A DNA stretch of 64,000 bases, taken from positions 96,001 through 160,000 of IMG/VR virus record IMGVR_UViG_3300005337_000001, one strand, 5' to 3'. A program made the translations under genes and the position numbers. The notes beneath the pieces are model-generated. The model ran no database searches and was not told where the DNA came from. It was given only the letters and a program-made list of their open reading frames with translations. Origin of the DNA: a virus. Below are positions 53,588 to 63,050 of this stretch, in pieces; positions within the stretch are counted from its first letter, which is position 1; each line of letters opens with the position of its first letter.

Positions 53588-54963
53588 CAGCACGCGGCTG
53601 GGCCGCGCAACACAGGGCTTCAAACCTGGTGATTGCGCGGCTGTACGTGAAACTGCACGCACCTTACCTCTCGCCGACGTTGTTCGGTCTCATCCCAGTC
53701 CCCATGGCGGACCTGCGTAAGATCGCAGGCGGCCCGCTTGCTGTGACCGAGCGGCTCGTCATGTACTACGACCCGGTATGGGTCGAAGAAGTATCTGTCG
53801 AAGTACTGGCGACTGGTCTCGGCCACGAGTGTATGCACTGCCAGCTCAGACACGTCACTCGCGGCATGAAGTACCCAGACAAGAAACGCTGGAACATTGC
53901 TGGTGATCTCTTCATCAACGGCGCTATGCGCGACGTCAAACGCCAGAAGAAGGTCAGCGGCAAGGCGGTGGGTATGGAGACACCGCTCTGGAACTTCCCA
54001 GAGTGGGCGCACATGCCCGAGGACTACGGCTTCGAGAAAGGGCTCACCGCCGACGCCTACTACCGACTGCTGGAGCAGTTCGAAGGCCCTGCCCCAGAGA
54101 AGAAAGAGGGCAGCAAGGGCGATCCGGGCGGTGAGTCACACATCATGCGTGGCTGCTGCGGCGGTGCAGCTGGAAACCCGCTGGGCGCCGAGCTCGAAGG
54201 CAACCTGAACGAAACCAGAGGCAGGTCCGAGTCCAACGTGCACGCTATCGCCAAAGCGACAGCCAAGGCGATCAAGGCGCACATGGAATCGACAGAGGGC
54301 CGAGGCAACCTGCCAGGTATGTGGTCGGAACTCATCAACGTCAGCGACAAGGTATTCAACGTACCGTGGCGCACAAAGCTCGCCAACGTGCTGCGCTACA
54401 GCATCGGCAAGGCGCGCGTGGGAGGCCTCGACTACAGCATGCACCGCGCGTCGAAGAGGTCGTACCTGCGCGGCATCAGGCTACCCAGCCTGGTGAGCTA
54501 CGACCCGGAGGTCTGGTTCATCGTCGACAGCTCAGGATCGATGGGAAAGGGGCAGCTCTCCGACACGTCGCGCGTCTGCATGGACGTGCTGAAGCAGACT
54601 GGCATCACGCAAGCCTGGTGGATGGAGGCTGACGTCGAGAACAAACGAGAGCCGTTGAAAATCAACGTGCGCGACCTGATGCACATGGAGATCCGTGGTC
54701 GTGGCGGAACCGACTTCCGTCCGGCCGTGAAATTCGCGGCGTCCAGGCGGCCGAAGCCACACATCGTCATCTACATCACCGACGGTGACGGACCAGCACC
54801 GCGCAGACCTCCACAAGGCATCCACTTCATTTGGGTAGTCGTACCATCGCCGTTCCGACGCAGACCTGCCAATTGGGGTGACCTGGTTGTGCTCGAAGAC
54901 GGCTCCAACTTGAAGCCGCTCGGCGCACCCTACGATTGGCCTGACGACGAAGACGCAGCGTGA
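53584..54963 (+). CDS. DUF2201-type HExxH metallopeptidase-like plus vWA protein
   Basis: GHECMH, WNIAGDLFIN, MIDAS VDSSGSM, GRGGTDF, YITDGDG; GTGA coupling to the ATPase. Confidence 0.88.
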   Translation: MTARGWAAQHRASNLVIARLYVKLHAPYLSPTLFGLIPVPMADLRKIAGGPLAVTERLVMYYDPVWVEEVSVEVLATGLGHECMHCQLRHVTRGMKYPDKKRWNIAGDLFINGAMRDVKRQKKVSGKAVGMETPLWNFPEWAHMPEDYGFEKGLTADAYYRLLEQFEGPAPEKKEGSKGDPGGESHIMRGCCGGAAGNPLGAELEGNLNETRGRSESNVHAIAKATAKAIKAHMESTEGRGNLPGMWSELINVSDKVFNVPWRTKLANVLRYSIGKARVGGLDYSMHRASKRSYLRGIRLPSLVSYDPEVWFIVDSSGSMGKGQLSDTSRVCMDVLKQTGITQAWWMEADVENKREPLKINVRDLMHMEIRGRGGTDFRPAVKFAASRRPKPHIVIYITDGDGPAPRRPPQGIHFIWVVVPSPFRRRPANWGDLVVLEDGSNLKPLGAPYDWPDDEDAA

Positions 54964-55042
54964 AGTGAAAATACCCCCGACAATCAGGGATAAGAAAGAT
55001 GAAGAGGAACAGCTACACGCTGTCCAAGAAGGAGACTACAAC

Positions 55043-55219
55043 ATGAACCGCATTCTCAAGATTTCGCTCATCTCAGCCGGCGGCGCTGTCGCAACCGCTC
55101 TCGTCAGTGGCCTCAGCTACATCAAAGGCAAGAAGGACGGCATCATGCTGGCCTCCAAGAAGTACGAGTCGCTCAACGCCTCCCCCGAGCGCGCGACGTC
55201 GACTCAGCCGCAAGCGTGA
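55043..55219 (+). CDS. small N-terminally membrane-anchored protein
   Basis: Start reset to ATG 55043 (SD AAGGAG); ISLISAGGAVATALVSGLSY then YIKGKKDG. Confidence 0.7.
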   Translation: MNRILKISLISAGGAVATALVSGLSYIKGKKDGIMLASKKYESLNASPERATSTQPQA

Positions 55220-55226
55220 GCAGAAG

Positions 55227-55332
55227 GTGCCGCCTCGAATTGGGCACGTCGCATGTTAGGCTTTCCCCCCGGCCGACTGTGACGTGCCCACTTCGGGGCG
55301 GCACGCTGGAACGGGGACCTGTCCCGTTCTTT
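55227..55332. terminator. long hairpin plus terminator-like hairpin between convergent operons
   Basis: 27-bp imperfect inverted repeat 55227-55304; GAACGGG-N7-CCCGTTC-TTT 55309-55332. Confidence 0.65.
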
Positions 55333-55338
55333 AGCCCT

Positions 55339-57420
55339 TCAAACAGCGCCGGCTGCGCGGCGCGGCGGCAGCTTGTCGGGCATCGGCTTCATGTTGATGC
55401 TGACAGCCGCGTTGCCGTTGGCGCCCAAGCCAGAGTCGCCGCCCGCTGCTGGTTGCTGCTGCGGCTGACCAGGCGGGGCCATCCCTCCACCCGGGGCCAT
55501 CGACTGCAAGAACTGCAACACGAGGTCGGCGAACTCTGGCGACTGCGCGCGCAGCTGCTTGATCTCGAGGAGCTGACTTGCCGGATCCTTCTGCGACAGC
55601 TGCAGCGCTGTTGCCTGAGCCACGGCGGTCAGACTCGAGCCGCCCAGCGAAGGTTGCCCGCCGGCGGCTGGGCTGGTGCCCATGCCCATGTTCTGGCCAG
55701 CGTTGAGCGGGCTGGACATGGCCGCCATAGGACCTGCTGCCGCGCCGGCCTGCGCCGGCATTCCCTCGCTGCCAGCCTGCCCGCCGGGCGGCGCTGCGCC
55801 GGTCTCGGGGCCACCGGGCTCGCCAGGAGCGACCGGAGCGTTGGCTGCAGTCGCCATCTCCTGCTGCGCCTTGGCCTGCATCTTCATCATGATGACCTGC
55901 TGCTCGCCCTGCATCTCAGCCATCGCCAGCTGCTGCTTCTTGGTGGCCTGCAAGCGATTCGAGGTCTCGCGCTCCATGATCTGGTTCTCCTTCTCTTGGT
56001 CGAGATCGGAGTCAGCCAGCAGCGTCGTGTCGGAGACTTTGTTGGCCTGGTTCAGCTGGAACATGAAGGCCTTGCGCTGAATATCGTCGGCCATTTTGAA
56101 CGGCTTGAAGCGAATGTTCGCCAGCGGCCAGTCCAGGTAATCGGCGACGTGCTTCATCGTCCACTTCGCCATGCGCACGTGACGAGACAGGTACGTGATG
56201 AACTGATTCTCGAGCATGCGCATCGACACGTTCGTGCCGGCGTAGCTCATGCCGCCCTTGATGAATTCGAGCGGCACCTGCATGCCGTTGATGAGCTGCT
56301 CGCTCATCGTCTGCATTTCCTGCACCATCAATAGAGCGCGGCCGTCGCCGCCAATGGTCTGGTTGCCGATGGGCAGTGGCAAGATCGGGATGTAGTTCGG
56401 GTCCATACGCCAGCGCGCGATCTCGGCGGCGACGTGGTCACGCCAGTCGACCAGGTTGATGGTCGTGTACGGATCGCTGGTACCCGAGCCGGCCTGCGGG
56501 AAGAGCACGCGCAAGGGCACAATGTGCTCGAGCAGGATGGCCTCCTGCGCCTTCTTCATGATCTGCAGGTAGAACGTGTCCTTCAAGCAGGCCAGGAGCA
56601 GCGGGATGCCCCAACCCCGGTCTTGATCGGCGAGCGTCGGGCGGCGCAGGTGGAAGAACAAGTCCTTCGAGAACGTCACACCCTTCTGCTGACGCAGCGC
56701 CTGGATGAAGATGTCCGGCACCTGCTCGATGGCGTCCTTCTTACCGACGATGATGTCGTTACGCACGCCCGGCGGTATGTTGTAGAAGTACGTGTGCTCG
56801 CCCGAGAGATCCGAGTACGTGACCTCGACGTCCTCCGGGCTCCAGCGCATCATGCGGATGCCACTCTCGTTCTTGAAGTACAAGTCCTTCGATCGCGCCG
56901 TGCCGAGGTTGCCGCAGTGTGGGCAGCTGAGTCTGAACTCGTAGTTCGTGAACACCCAGTGCGGCCGGATGCGCGAAGCCTCCATCTGCTTCTTGCAGCC
57001 AGCGCAAGTGAGGAACTTCTTGAACGGGAAGCTCAGGCTCGTGAGACAGTTGCCGTACGTGTTGTAGTCGAGGCCGCACTCGATTTGAAACGCCTTGTAG
57101 TTCAGGTGATCTATGAAGTACTCCTTCCACCGGTCAGCGACACGGCGGTCGGGGTGGTCGATCATAATCTCGGTGATAGGGTATTCACTGAGCTTGAAGA
57201 CCGTGGCGTTGATGATGGGATTCGTGAGGAAGTAGTAGCGGCACCACCTGAACATCGACTTGATCGTCGTCGGCAGGTACGTGTGTGCGATGTCGAAGAA
57301 CGGCGAGGGGTAGTTCACCCCCTGCGCGGCACCATTGCCCATGCGCGCGCGCGTCTGCGCGAAGCGCAATCCGCCGCCAGGACCGCCGCCAATGCCCAAC
57401 GCGCCGGGGATGCCGCTCAT
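55339..57420 (-). CDS. portal protein with Zn-ribbon insertion
   Basis: YFLTNPIINATVFKLSEYP, DYNTYGN, RGWGIPLL, QLINGMQVPLEF; CAGC...CPHC; Pro/Gly/Ala-rich C-tail. Confidence 0.85.
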   Translation of the reverse strand: MSGIPGALGIGGGPGGGLRFAQTRARMGNGAAQGVNYPSPFFDIAHTYLPTTIKSMFRWCRYYFLTNPIINATVFKLSEYPITEIMIDHPDRRVADRWKEYFIDHLNYKAFQIECGLDYNTYGNCLTSLSFPFKKFLTCAGCKKQMEASRIRPHWVFTNYEFRLSCPHCGNLGTARSKDLYFKNESGIRMMRWSPEDVEVTYSDLSGEHTYFYNIPPGVRNDIIVGKKDAIEQVPDIFIQALRQQKGVTFSKDLFFHLRRPTLADQDRGWGIPLLLACLKDTFYLQIMKKAQEAILLEHIVPLRVLFPQAGSGTSDPYTTINLVDWRDHVAAEIARWRMDPNYIPILPLPIGNQTIGGDGRALLMVQEMQTMSEQLINGMQVPLEFIKGGMSYAGTNVSMRMLENQFITYLSRHVRMAKWTMKHVADYLDWPLANIRFKPFKMADDIQRKAFMFQLNQANKVSDTTLLADSDLDQEKENQIMERETSNRLQATKKQQLAMAEMQGEQQVIMMKMQAKAQQEMATAANAPVAPGEPGGPETGAAPPGGQAGSEGMPAQAGAAAGPMAAMSSPLNAGQNMGMGTSPAAGGQPSLGGSSLTAVAQATALQLSQKDPASQLLEIKQLRAQSPEFADLVLQFLQSMAPGGGMAPPGQPQQQPAAGGDSGLGANGNAAVSINMKPMPDKLPPRRAAGAV

Positions 57421-57423
57421 GAA

Positions 57424-58509
57424 TTACTCCAGGCCTCCACTATTGAAGCCCCTACCATACACGTGCTCAACGGTATGCTGACCAGTATCCCCAGGCTCGC
57501 TCGCCGGTGGGCGTGAGGCCTCTTGCGGAACCTGCGGTTGTTGAACCGGCCGCTTGCCGCGCAGCTTGTCGACGCCCTTGCCTGCCGCGCCGCCGGCGCG
57601 CTCGAGCGCCGTGGACAACGCCGCGCTGCCCGCCAGCGACAGCGGCGCCGCCAGGCCGCCCACGGTACCGCCGACCACACGGCCGAGGCGTTCGGCGCGC
57701 CCTGGCTTCCCGTCGCCCTCCGGCGCGCGCGCGGCGTTCACCGCTGCCAGCGCTGGCAGACCCACCATCATCGCCTTGCCCTTCACACCGGCCGAGTCCC
57801 ACTGCGATTTCACGCCGGCGGAGAGCGTCGGCAGCACGCCGTTGTTTTTCAGGGATTTCGCGTAGCCCGGTAGGCTGGTGAGCCCCATTTCCTGTGCCTT
57901 ATCGGCGGAAGCCAGCGATTTAGCGGCCTGCTGCAGCTTGCCGGACGGCACGCCCGCGCCTGAGCTCAGATCCTTGCCGAGCGCGGCGAGCTCGCGGCGC
58001 GCGGGGGCGGCGCCGGCGCCGATGCGCTCCACAGAGCTCGCTGCGCCGCCTGGTTTCCAGCCCGTGACGCTGTGGACCTGCCGCTGTCCGAAATTGCTCA
58101 GGGATCCCAGCGAGTTATCCATCTTCGACAGCGATTTCGTCGCGGAAAGCACCTTGGTAGGGCTGGCAGCACCCAGCGCAAGCCCGGATCCCGCGCCAAT
58201 TAAGGCCCCTTTGCCCGCGCCGCGCACCGCACCACCCAACCCGCCGCCGAGTGCTGCCAGCGCCGCCCCCGCTCGGCTCGAGCCGCGCTCGCGCGCCGTG
58301 TCGTACGCGTCTTTGCCCCCGCGCGCGCCGCCGACCAGCGCGCCGGCGCCGAGACCGAGACCTAGCCCGCTGCCAAGGCCTGCACCCATGGCTTTGCGCA
58401 CCCCTGAGCGACTCAAATGCGCAAGAAGCTCCTGCGGAACACCCGACGTCTTGTCGAGCTCTGCATGAAACCCCTTCATCAGGGCCGGTGAAAGGGTAAC
58501 TTCAAACAT
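57424..58509 (-). CDS. glycine-zipper-rich basic head protein
   Basis: KGFHAELDKTSG then GAGLGSGLGLGLGAGALVGG and several more GxxxG runs. Confidence 0.7.
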   Translation of the reverse strand: MFEVTLSPALMKGFHAELDKTSGVPQELLAHLSRSGVRKAMGAGLGSGLGLGLGAGALVGGARGGKDAYDTARERGSSRAGAALAALGGGLGGAVRGAGKGALIGAGSGLALGAASPTKVLSATKSLSKMDNSLGSLSNFGQRQVHSVTGWKPGGAASSVERIGAGAAPARRELAALGKDLSSGAGVPSGKLQQAAKSLASADKAQEMGLTSLPGYAKSLKNNGVLPTLSAGVKSQWDSAGVKGKAMMVGLPALAAVNAARAPEGDGKPGRAERLGRVVGGTVGGLAAPLSLAGSAALSTALERAGGAAGKGVDKLRGKRPVQQPQVPQEASRPPASEPGDTGQHTVEHVYGRGFNSGGLE

Positions 58510-59299
58510 GCTTCAAAATGTCGAGCTGCAAACGGAGCCGACGGCGTGTCGACTCGAGGTACGCCCACGATCCTAGCAGCCGCCGAAGCTGCTCGTCCTC
58601 TACCGAGTCGCCAGATGGGGCGCGCCCGCTTGCGCGCACCTCTGGCCAGCGCTCGTTCACTTCTTTGCAGTCGACGGGAAGACCTTCCACGTCGATCTTC
58701 ACAAAATCCAGGGGCGGCTGCGGGCACAGCACGCCGTCGTGCCGGTGCACAGCGGCCAGGTAGGTCTTCACCTCGTCGCTGAAGTTCACGTCGTCACGAA
58801 TTCGGTTGGCAATGTCGACGGCCACCATGCACTCGGCGACGGTGGGCACCTGCATGCGCTGGAAGTCAGCGAACGCGCCGTTGAATGGCGCACAGCAGTG
58901 AATGAACACCTCCCACTTGAGCCAAAAATCGTCGACGAGGTGCAACGCCTTGCAAGCCTGAAGCTTCTCGATATTGATGTCGGCGATGGAGGGCGTTTTG
59001 AAGTCCTCCTGCACGCGCTGCACGATGGTCTCTAGCTCCCAGCCGAGCCAGACCAGGTCGTACTTGCGCAGCAGCATCAAATCGAGGATGAGCGGGTGCG
59101 CGTCGGGGCTGCGAAAGACGTTGCCCACCGAGACGTTCGACGTCTTGGTGATGCTCTCCACCGTCCCGTGAACGGTGGGGTTCTCGCTCTCGTCGCCCTG
59201 CGTGGTCTCGATGACCGTCGTGGGCTCCTCCTCTTGCAAGTGGTGCGGCAGCCGCTGCACGCTCGAGAGGACCTGCTCGAAGATGCCCTCAGGCGACAT
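58502..59299 (-). CDS. hypothetical protein of the portal operon
   Basis: Start reset to ATG 59299 (11-nt overlap). Confidence 0.75.
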   Translation of the reverse strand: MSPEGIFEQVLSSVQRLPHHLQEEEPTTVIETTQGDESENPTVHGTVESITKTSNVSVGNVFRSPDAHPLILDLMLLRKYDLVWLGWELETIVQRVQEDFKTPSIADINIEKLQACKALHLVDDFWLKWEVFIHCCAPFNGAFADFQRMQVPTVAECMVAVDIANRIRDDVNFSDEVKTYLAAVHRHDGVLCPQPPLDFVKIDVEGLPVDCKEVNERWPEVRASGRAPSGDSVEDEQLRRLLGSWAYLESTRRRLRLQLDILKHV

Positions 59300-60629
59300 C
59301 GTGCAAGCCCGTTGCGCTGTTGTCACCGGCAGCACGCGCTAGGCGGCGCTTCTGGTCGACGGGCAACGAGCTGAAGATACCCCATGGGTCCTTCTTGAAT
59401 TCCTTGGCCATCTCTTCGCCGTAATCGATCTTCAGCGAATGGTAGCCCGTGACCGCGTAATTTTCGATTTGCTTCTTGGTGATGTAGTCGTTGCCGTTGA
59501 TCCAGCTGTCACCTTCGTCGGATGCCGTCTTCTGCACGCCGTAGGTCGAGGCGTACGGGTCCATGACCGACTGGTCGTAGCGCCAATCGAGTTGGGCGAG
59601 CTTGTCGAACTCCTCGAGCGCACTACAGAACTGCTCGGGGCCGAGGGCAGCACGGTGCTCGAAGAGCTGATCTAGCACGGCGGCCTGCTTCTCCGTGAGG
59701 TGCGGCCGGCGCGTGTCGAACGCCACCTTGATCTGCTCGACGGGAGCAAAGGTCGTAGAGCCGTACGCCGCTGCGACGTCGTTCACTTCGATGCCGAGCG
59801 CGGAAGCGCGCTTTACCATGTTCGTTGCAAATTCATGGCGCATCTCCGGCGGCATACGGCGGAGATTGTCATCAAAGTACTGGGTAGCTGCCTGCACCTG
59901 GGTGTAGCTATCGAGCGGGTACAAGCCCTGGTAGGCGCTATACTCGTACGGCGCCGCCGCTTCTTTCACCGTGGCGTGCTTGCCGGTCACGTCCACGTAC
60001 GGTCGCAGCCCAGCCGACTTAGCCACGCTGGTGTTGCTAGAGCCTGGCTTACCGGGCGCCACCGCGGCAGACAGATCTCCGGGATCTTGGCTCGGCATCG
60101 TGCTGGTGCCCGAGAGCTCGGCGCTCTTCATCAACGCGCTCATCTGGTGCTGCTGATGCGGCGGCATCACGGTACCGCCGGACATGCGGGTCGCCTGCAG
60201 GTTGTCTTTGATTTGACCGCCCGTGCCCTTCACAATGGAGGGAATCATCGCTGCGTTCATCACAGTGCTGAGGCCGAGAGCGATCTTTTCGAGCTCGTCC
60301 GGCACCTCGATGTTGTACCAGGCGCAGGCCACCTTCAGGTTCTCGGCTGCCGTCTTCTGCGCCTCCGCCGGGAGCTTGTGCCCATGGAGAAAGAAATAGC
60401 TCACATTCAAGAGCGTGTTGCCCTCGTCGACGCAAGCGAACTTTCGGAGGCGGTCGCCATCGTCGAGGAGTACCAGGGCGAAGGCGTCGTCGGGCAGCGC
60501 AGCCAGCTCATCCGAAGAGAGGCGGTGCGCAATCTTCACAGATTCGGGAATTACATCTACGGAGGGGAAGATCGCCCGGAGGTCGTGCGGGTTGTCGTAG
60601 AGGTCCAAGACGATACCTGCCGTTTGCAT
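59289..60629 (-). CDS. head protein with two DUF6582-like domains and K-x-A sites
   Basis: LAALPDDAFAL..RKFACVD; YPLDSYTQVQAATQYF..R.EFATNMVKRASALG. Confidence 0.7.
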   Translation of the reverse strand: MQTAGIVLDLYDNPHDLRAIFPSVDVIPESVKIAHRLSSDELAALPDDAFALVLLDDGDRLRKFACVDEGNTLLNVSYFFLHGHKLPAEAQKTAAENLKVACAWYNIEVPDELEKIALGLSTVMNAAMIPSIVKGTGGQIKDNLQATRMSGGTVMPPHQQHQMSALMKSAELSGTSTMPSQDPGDLSAAVAPGKPGSSNTSVAKSAGLRPYVDVTGKHATVKEAAAPYEYSAYQGLYPLDSYTQVQAATQYFDDNLRRMPPEMRHEFATNMVKRASALGIEVNDVAAAYGSTTFAPVEQIKVAFDTRRPHLTEKQAAVLDQLFEHRAALGPEQFCSALEEFDKLAQLDWRYDQSVMDPYASTYGVQKTASDEGDSWINGNDYITKKQIENYAVTGYHSLKIDYGEEMAKEFKKDPWGIFSSLPVDQKRRLARAAGDNSATGLHDVA

Positions 60630-60704
60630 GCTCGCAATAATAGACGGTTAGCCGAGAAAAGAAAACAGAGCACTGAATGGACCGGATAGCTCCAAGGAGG
60701 AACG

Positions 60705-61241
60705 TTGCTGAAGCAAAACCATGAAGTCGATACGCCGCCCAGCTGCTTTGGGAAGCACTTCGACGCCACCTCACCAGAATGCAAGGGCGGGCACGACCCG
60801 TCGTTCCGCAACGATGACGAGCAAAGTCGCAACTACAACACGCAGATCCGCGACACCTGCGACTGGGTGCAGAGCTGCTCGAGTCGCATGCAGGCCGGCA
60901 GGAACTTCATACCAGCCAGCAGCTTGGTGAGGCCAACGCAGCCGCCACCAAGCCCGTACCAAACGAGGTTCAACACACCAACACAACCGCAGCCGCAACC
61001 CTGGAGGCCACCAGCATATGCGCCCCAGCAGCCGGGCGCGCACCTGATGTCGATGCAGTTCGGCATTCCGCAGTATCTCTCCGTGCGAGAGCCGCAGACC
61101 TTTGGCGCTAGCTTCGGCAAACGGCTGGCTCGTGAGTCGCTGCGGTCGGTGCTGAAATCAATCGGGCATACGATTGCCCACTTCTTCGATGTCGAAATTC
61201 TTGGTCCTCCACCCGGAGGAGGCAACCCGCCAGAACAGTGA
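60705..61241 (+). CDS. hypothetical protein with 4-Cys metal-binding N-terminus
   Basis: SD AAGGAGG before TTG; CFGK..EC..CDWVQSC; Pro/Gln linker. Confidence 0.75.
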   Translation: MLKQNHEVDTPPSCFGKHFDATSPECKGGHDPSFRNDDEQSRNYNTQIRDTCDWVQSCSSRMQAGRNFIPASSLVRPTQPPPSPYQTRFNTPTQPQPQPWRPPAYAPQQPGAHLMSMQFGIPQYLSVREPQTFGASFGKRLARESLRSVLKSIGHTIAHFFDVEILGPPPGGGNPPEQ

Positions 61242-61253
61242 TAGGAGATCGGC

Positions 61254-63050
61254 ATGAAGCTCATCAAGAGGAACCCCGACCTCGGGTACTTGGACACGAT
61301 GCTGTGGGTTCCGAAGAAGCTCCTCAACGTCGAAGGCGTAAAGAGGGCGCTGGAGTTTGAGCTTACCGACCGCGACTCGATCAGGTGCCTCCGTCTCTGG
61401 GAAGAGGCGGAGCACCATCTGATCGTCCCCCGCGCGTTCTGGAAGCCAGGTGACTTGCCTTTCGACTGCGTCGACTGCAGGCCTACAAGCTTCGCGCGCA
61501 CCGGCGTGAAGAGCAAGATTCGCCTCGACTACAAACCCCTCAAAGGAAAGCTGCTCCCGACAGGAGAAACCGTACAGTCAGACGCCATCCAAGCCTTGCT
61601 CGAGGCCATGGGTGGCGTGCTGCAGCTGGCGTGCGGCAAAGGGAAAACCGTCGTGGCTCTTCATCTAGCCTCCCTTTTGCAAGTGCCCATGCTCATCGTC
61701 GTCGACAACACGACGTTGATGGTGCAATGGCAAGACGAGATCGCACGGCACCTCGACGTACCAGGCGGCGTCGGGCTCATCAAGGGTCAGGTCAAAGACT
61801 GGAAGAAGGGCATCGTGCTGGCGACGTACCACACGCTAGCCAACTGGGCTTCAACGATACCCGAGGAGGTTCGTCGTTGGTTCGGACTCATCGTCTGGGA
61901 CGAAGGGCACCACATCAGCGCACCCACGTTCAGCAAGAGCGCGCCTCTTTTTTACGGCTATCGTCTGGCGTTGACCGCCACGCCGACCAGGCCGGACGGC
62001 ACGCACGTTATCTGCCAGCACCACATCGGCGACATCATCTTCAAGGACCTGATCCAGGACATGCCGCCGAAGATCTACTTCAAATGGACCGGCTTCGAGC
62101 TCGACTTCGAGAGCTCGCAAACTCGGGATGCCGTCTGTGACAAGAACGGTGAGATGCACCTTGGCAAGGTAGCGGGTCACTTTGGGGCCAGCCGGAAGCG
62201 CATGACGGAAGTTGTGTTGCCTGAGGTACGCAAGCTGCTGAGCGGGGGACACAAGGTCATCGTGCTGTCGCACTCGGTCGACGAGGTCATCAATCTCCAC
62301 GCGCTCTGGACTGGCAGCGCCTTAGGCCAAAAGGACGAGGACATCGAGCTCTACACCGACATCCCATACCCAACGTCCGAGGACGTCGGCGAGACCCTGC
62401 CTGGCGCTGAATTGAAGAAGGACCAGGTAGCACGTGCCGTCCGCACCGTCACCGACATCAAAAACAACCTGAAGGCCAACCCCAACATGGCCAAGGCGAA
62501 GCGCGAGATGGCGGAGGAGCGGCTCAAGAAGTACGCAGAGCTGCTGGAACAGTACGCTGTGTGGAAGAAGACCGAGAAGGAGATGCGCCGGCGCCAGCGC
62601 GCTTACTTGAAAGAGCTGCTGGCGAAGAAGAGCACCAGCGGGATCTTCACCGAAGCCGTCGAACCCGAGGAGCGCTTCAAGATGCTGAAGGAGCGTCAGG
62701 TCATCTTCGCCATCATGAAGTACGGCAAGGAAGGCCTCGACGACAAGAACTTGTCGGCCATCCTGGTCAGCGAGCCCATCTCGGACCGGAACACCCTTCA
62801 GCAGATCATGGGCAGACCCAGGGACAAGAACAACTCGGTACTCATCTTCCTCGAAGACAACATCGGCCCGCTCATCGGGCAATGCCGCAAGCTGCGGCAC
62901 CACCTTCGCGATTGGCCTATCGACGAGGGCGGTCCTTTCAAGTACGAACAGATCGGCCACCCCTCAACACACCGACGACAAGGAAGCACATGGAACGCAC
63001 AGACACGCCAGAACTTGAGAAGACCGGGCCTGCAGGCACCTGGCTCGTAA
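61254..63050 (+). CDS. superfamily 2 helicase (UvsW/XPB/A18-like)
   Basis: ACGKGKT, DEGHH, TATP, QQIMGR. Confidence 0.92.
   Translation: MKLIKRNPDLGYLDTMLWVPKKLLNVEGVKRALEFELTDRDSIRCLRLWEEAEHHLIVPRAFWKPGDLPFDCVDCRPTSFARTGVKSKIRLDYKPLKGKLLPTGETVQSDAIQALLEAMGGVLQLACGKGKTVVALHLASLLQVPMLIVVDNTTLMVQWQDEIARHLDVPGGVGLIKGQVKDWKKGIVLATYHTLANWASTIPEEVRRWFGLIVWDEGHHISAPTFSKSAPLFYGYRLALTATPTRPDGTHVICQHHIGDIIFKDLIQDMPPKIYFKWTGFELDFESSQTRDAVCDKNGEMHLGKVAGHFGASRKRMTEVVLPEVRKLLSGGHKVIVLSHSVDEVINLHALWTGSALGQKDEDIELYTDIPYPTSEDVGETLPGAELKKDQVARAVRTVTDIKNNLKANPNMAKAKREMAEERLKKYAELLEQYAVWKKTEKEMRRRQRAYLKELLAKKSTSGIFTEAVEPEERFKMLKERQVIFAIMKYGKEGLDDKNLSAILVSEPISDRNTLQQIMGRPRDKNNSVLIFLEDNIGPLIGQCRKLRHHLRDWPIDEGGPFKYEQIGHPSTHRRQGSTWNAQTRQNLRRPGLQAPGS

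Noticed and set aside
36640-63050. Inteins or introns in TerL, RNAP or helicase
   Set aside because: No Cys/Ser-start...His-Asn intein ends or LAGLIDADG motifs; reading frames are uninterrupted
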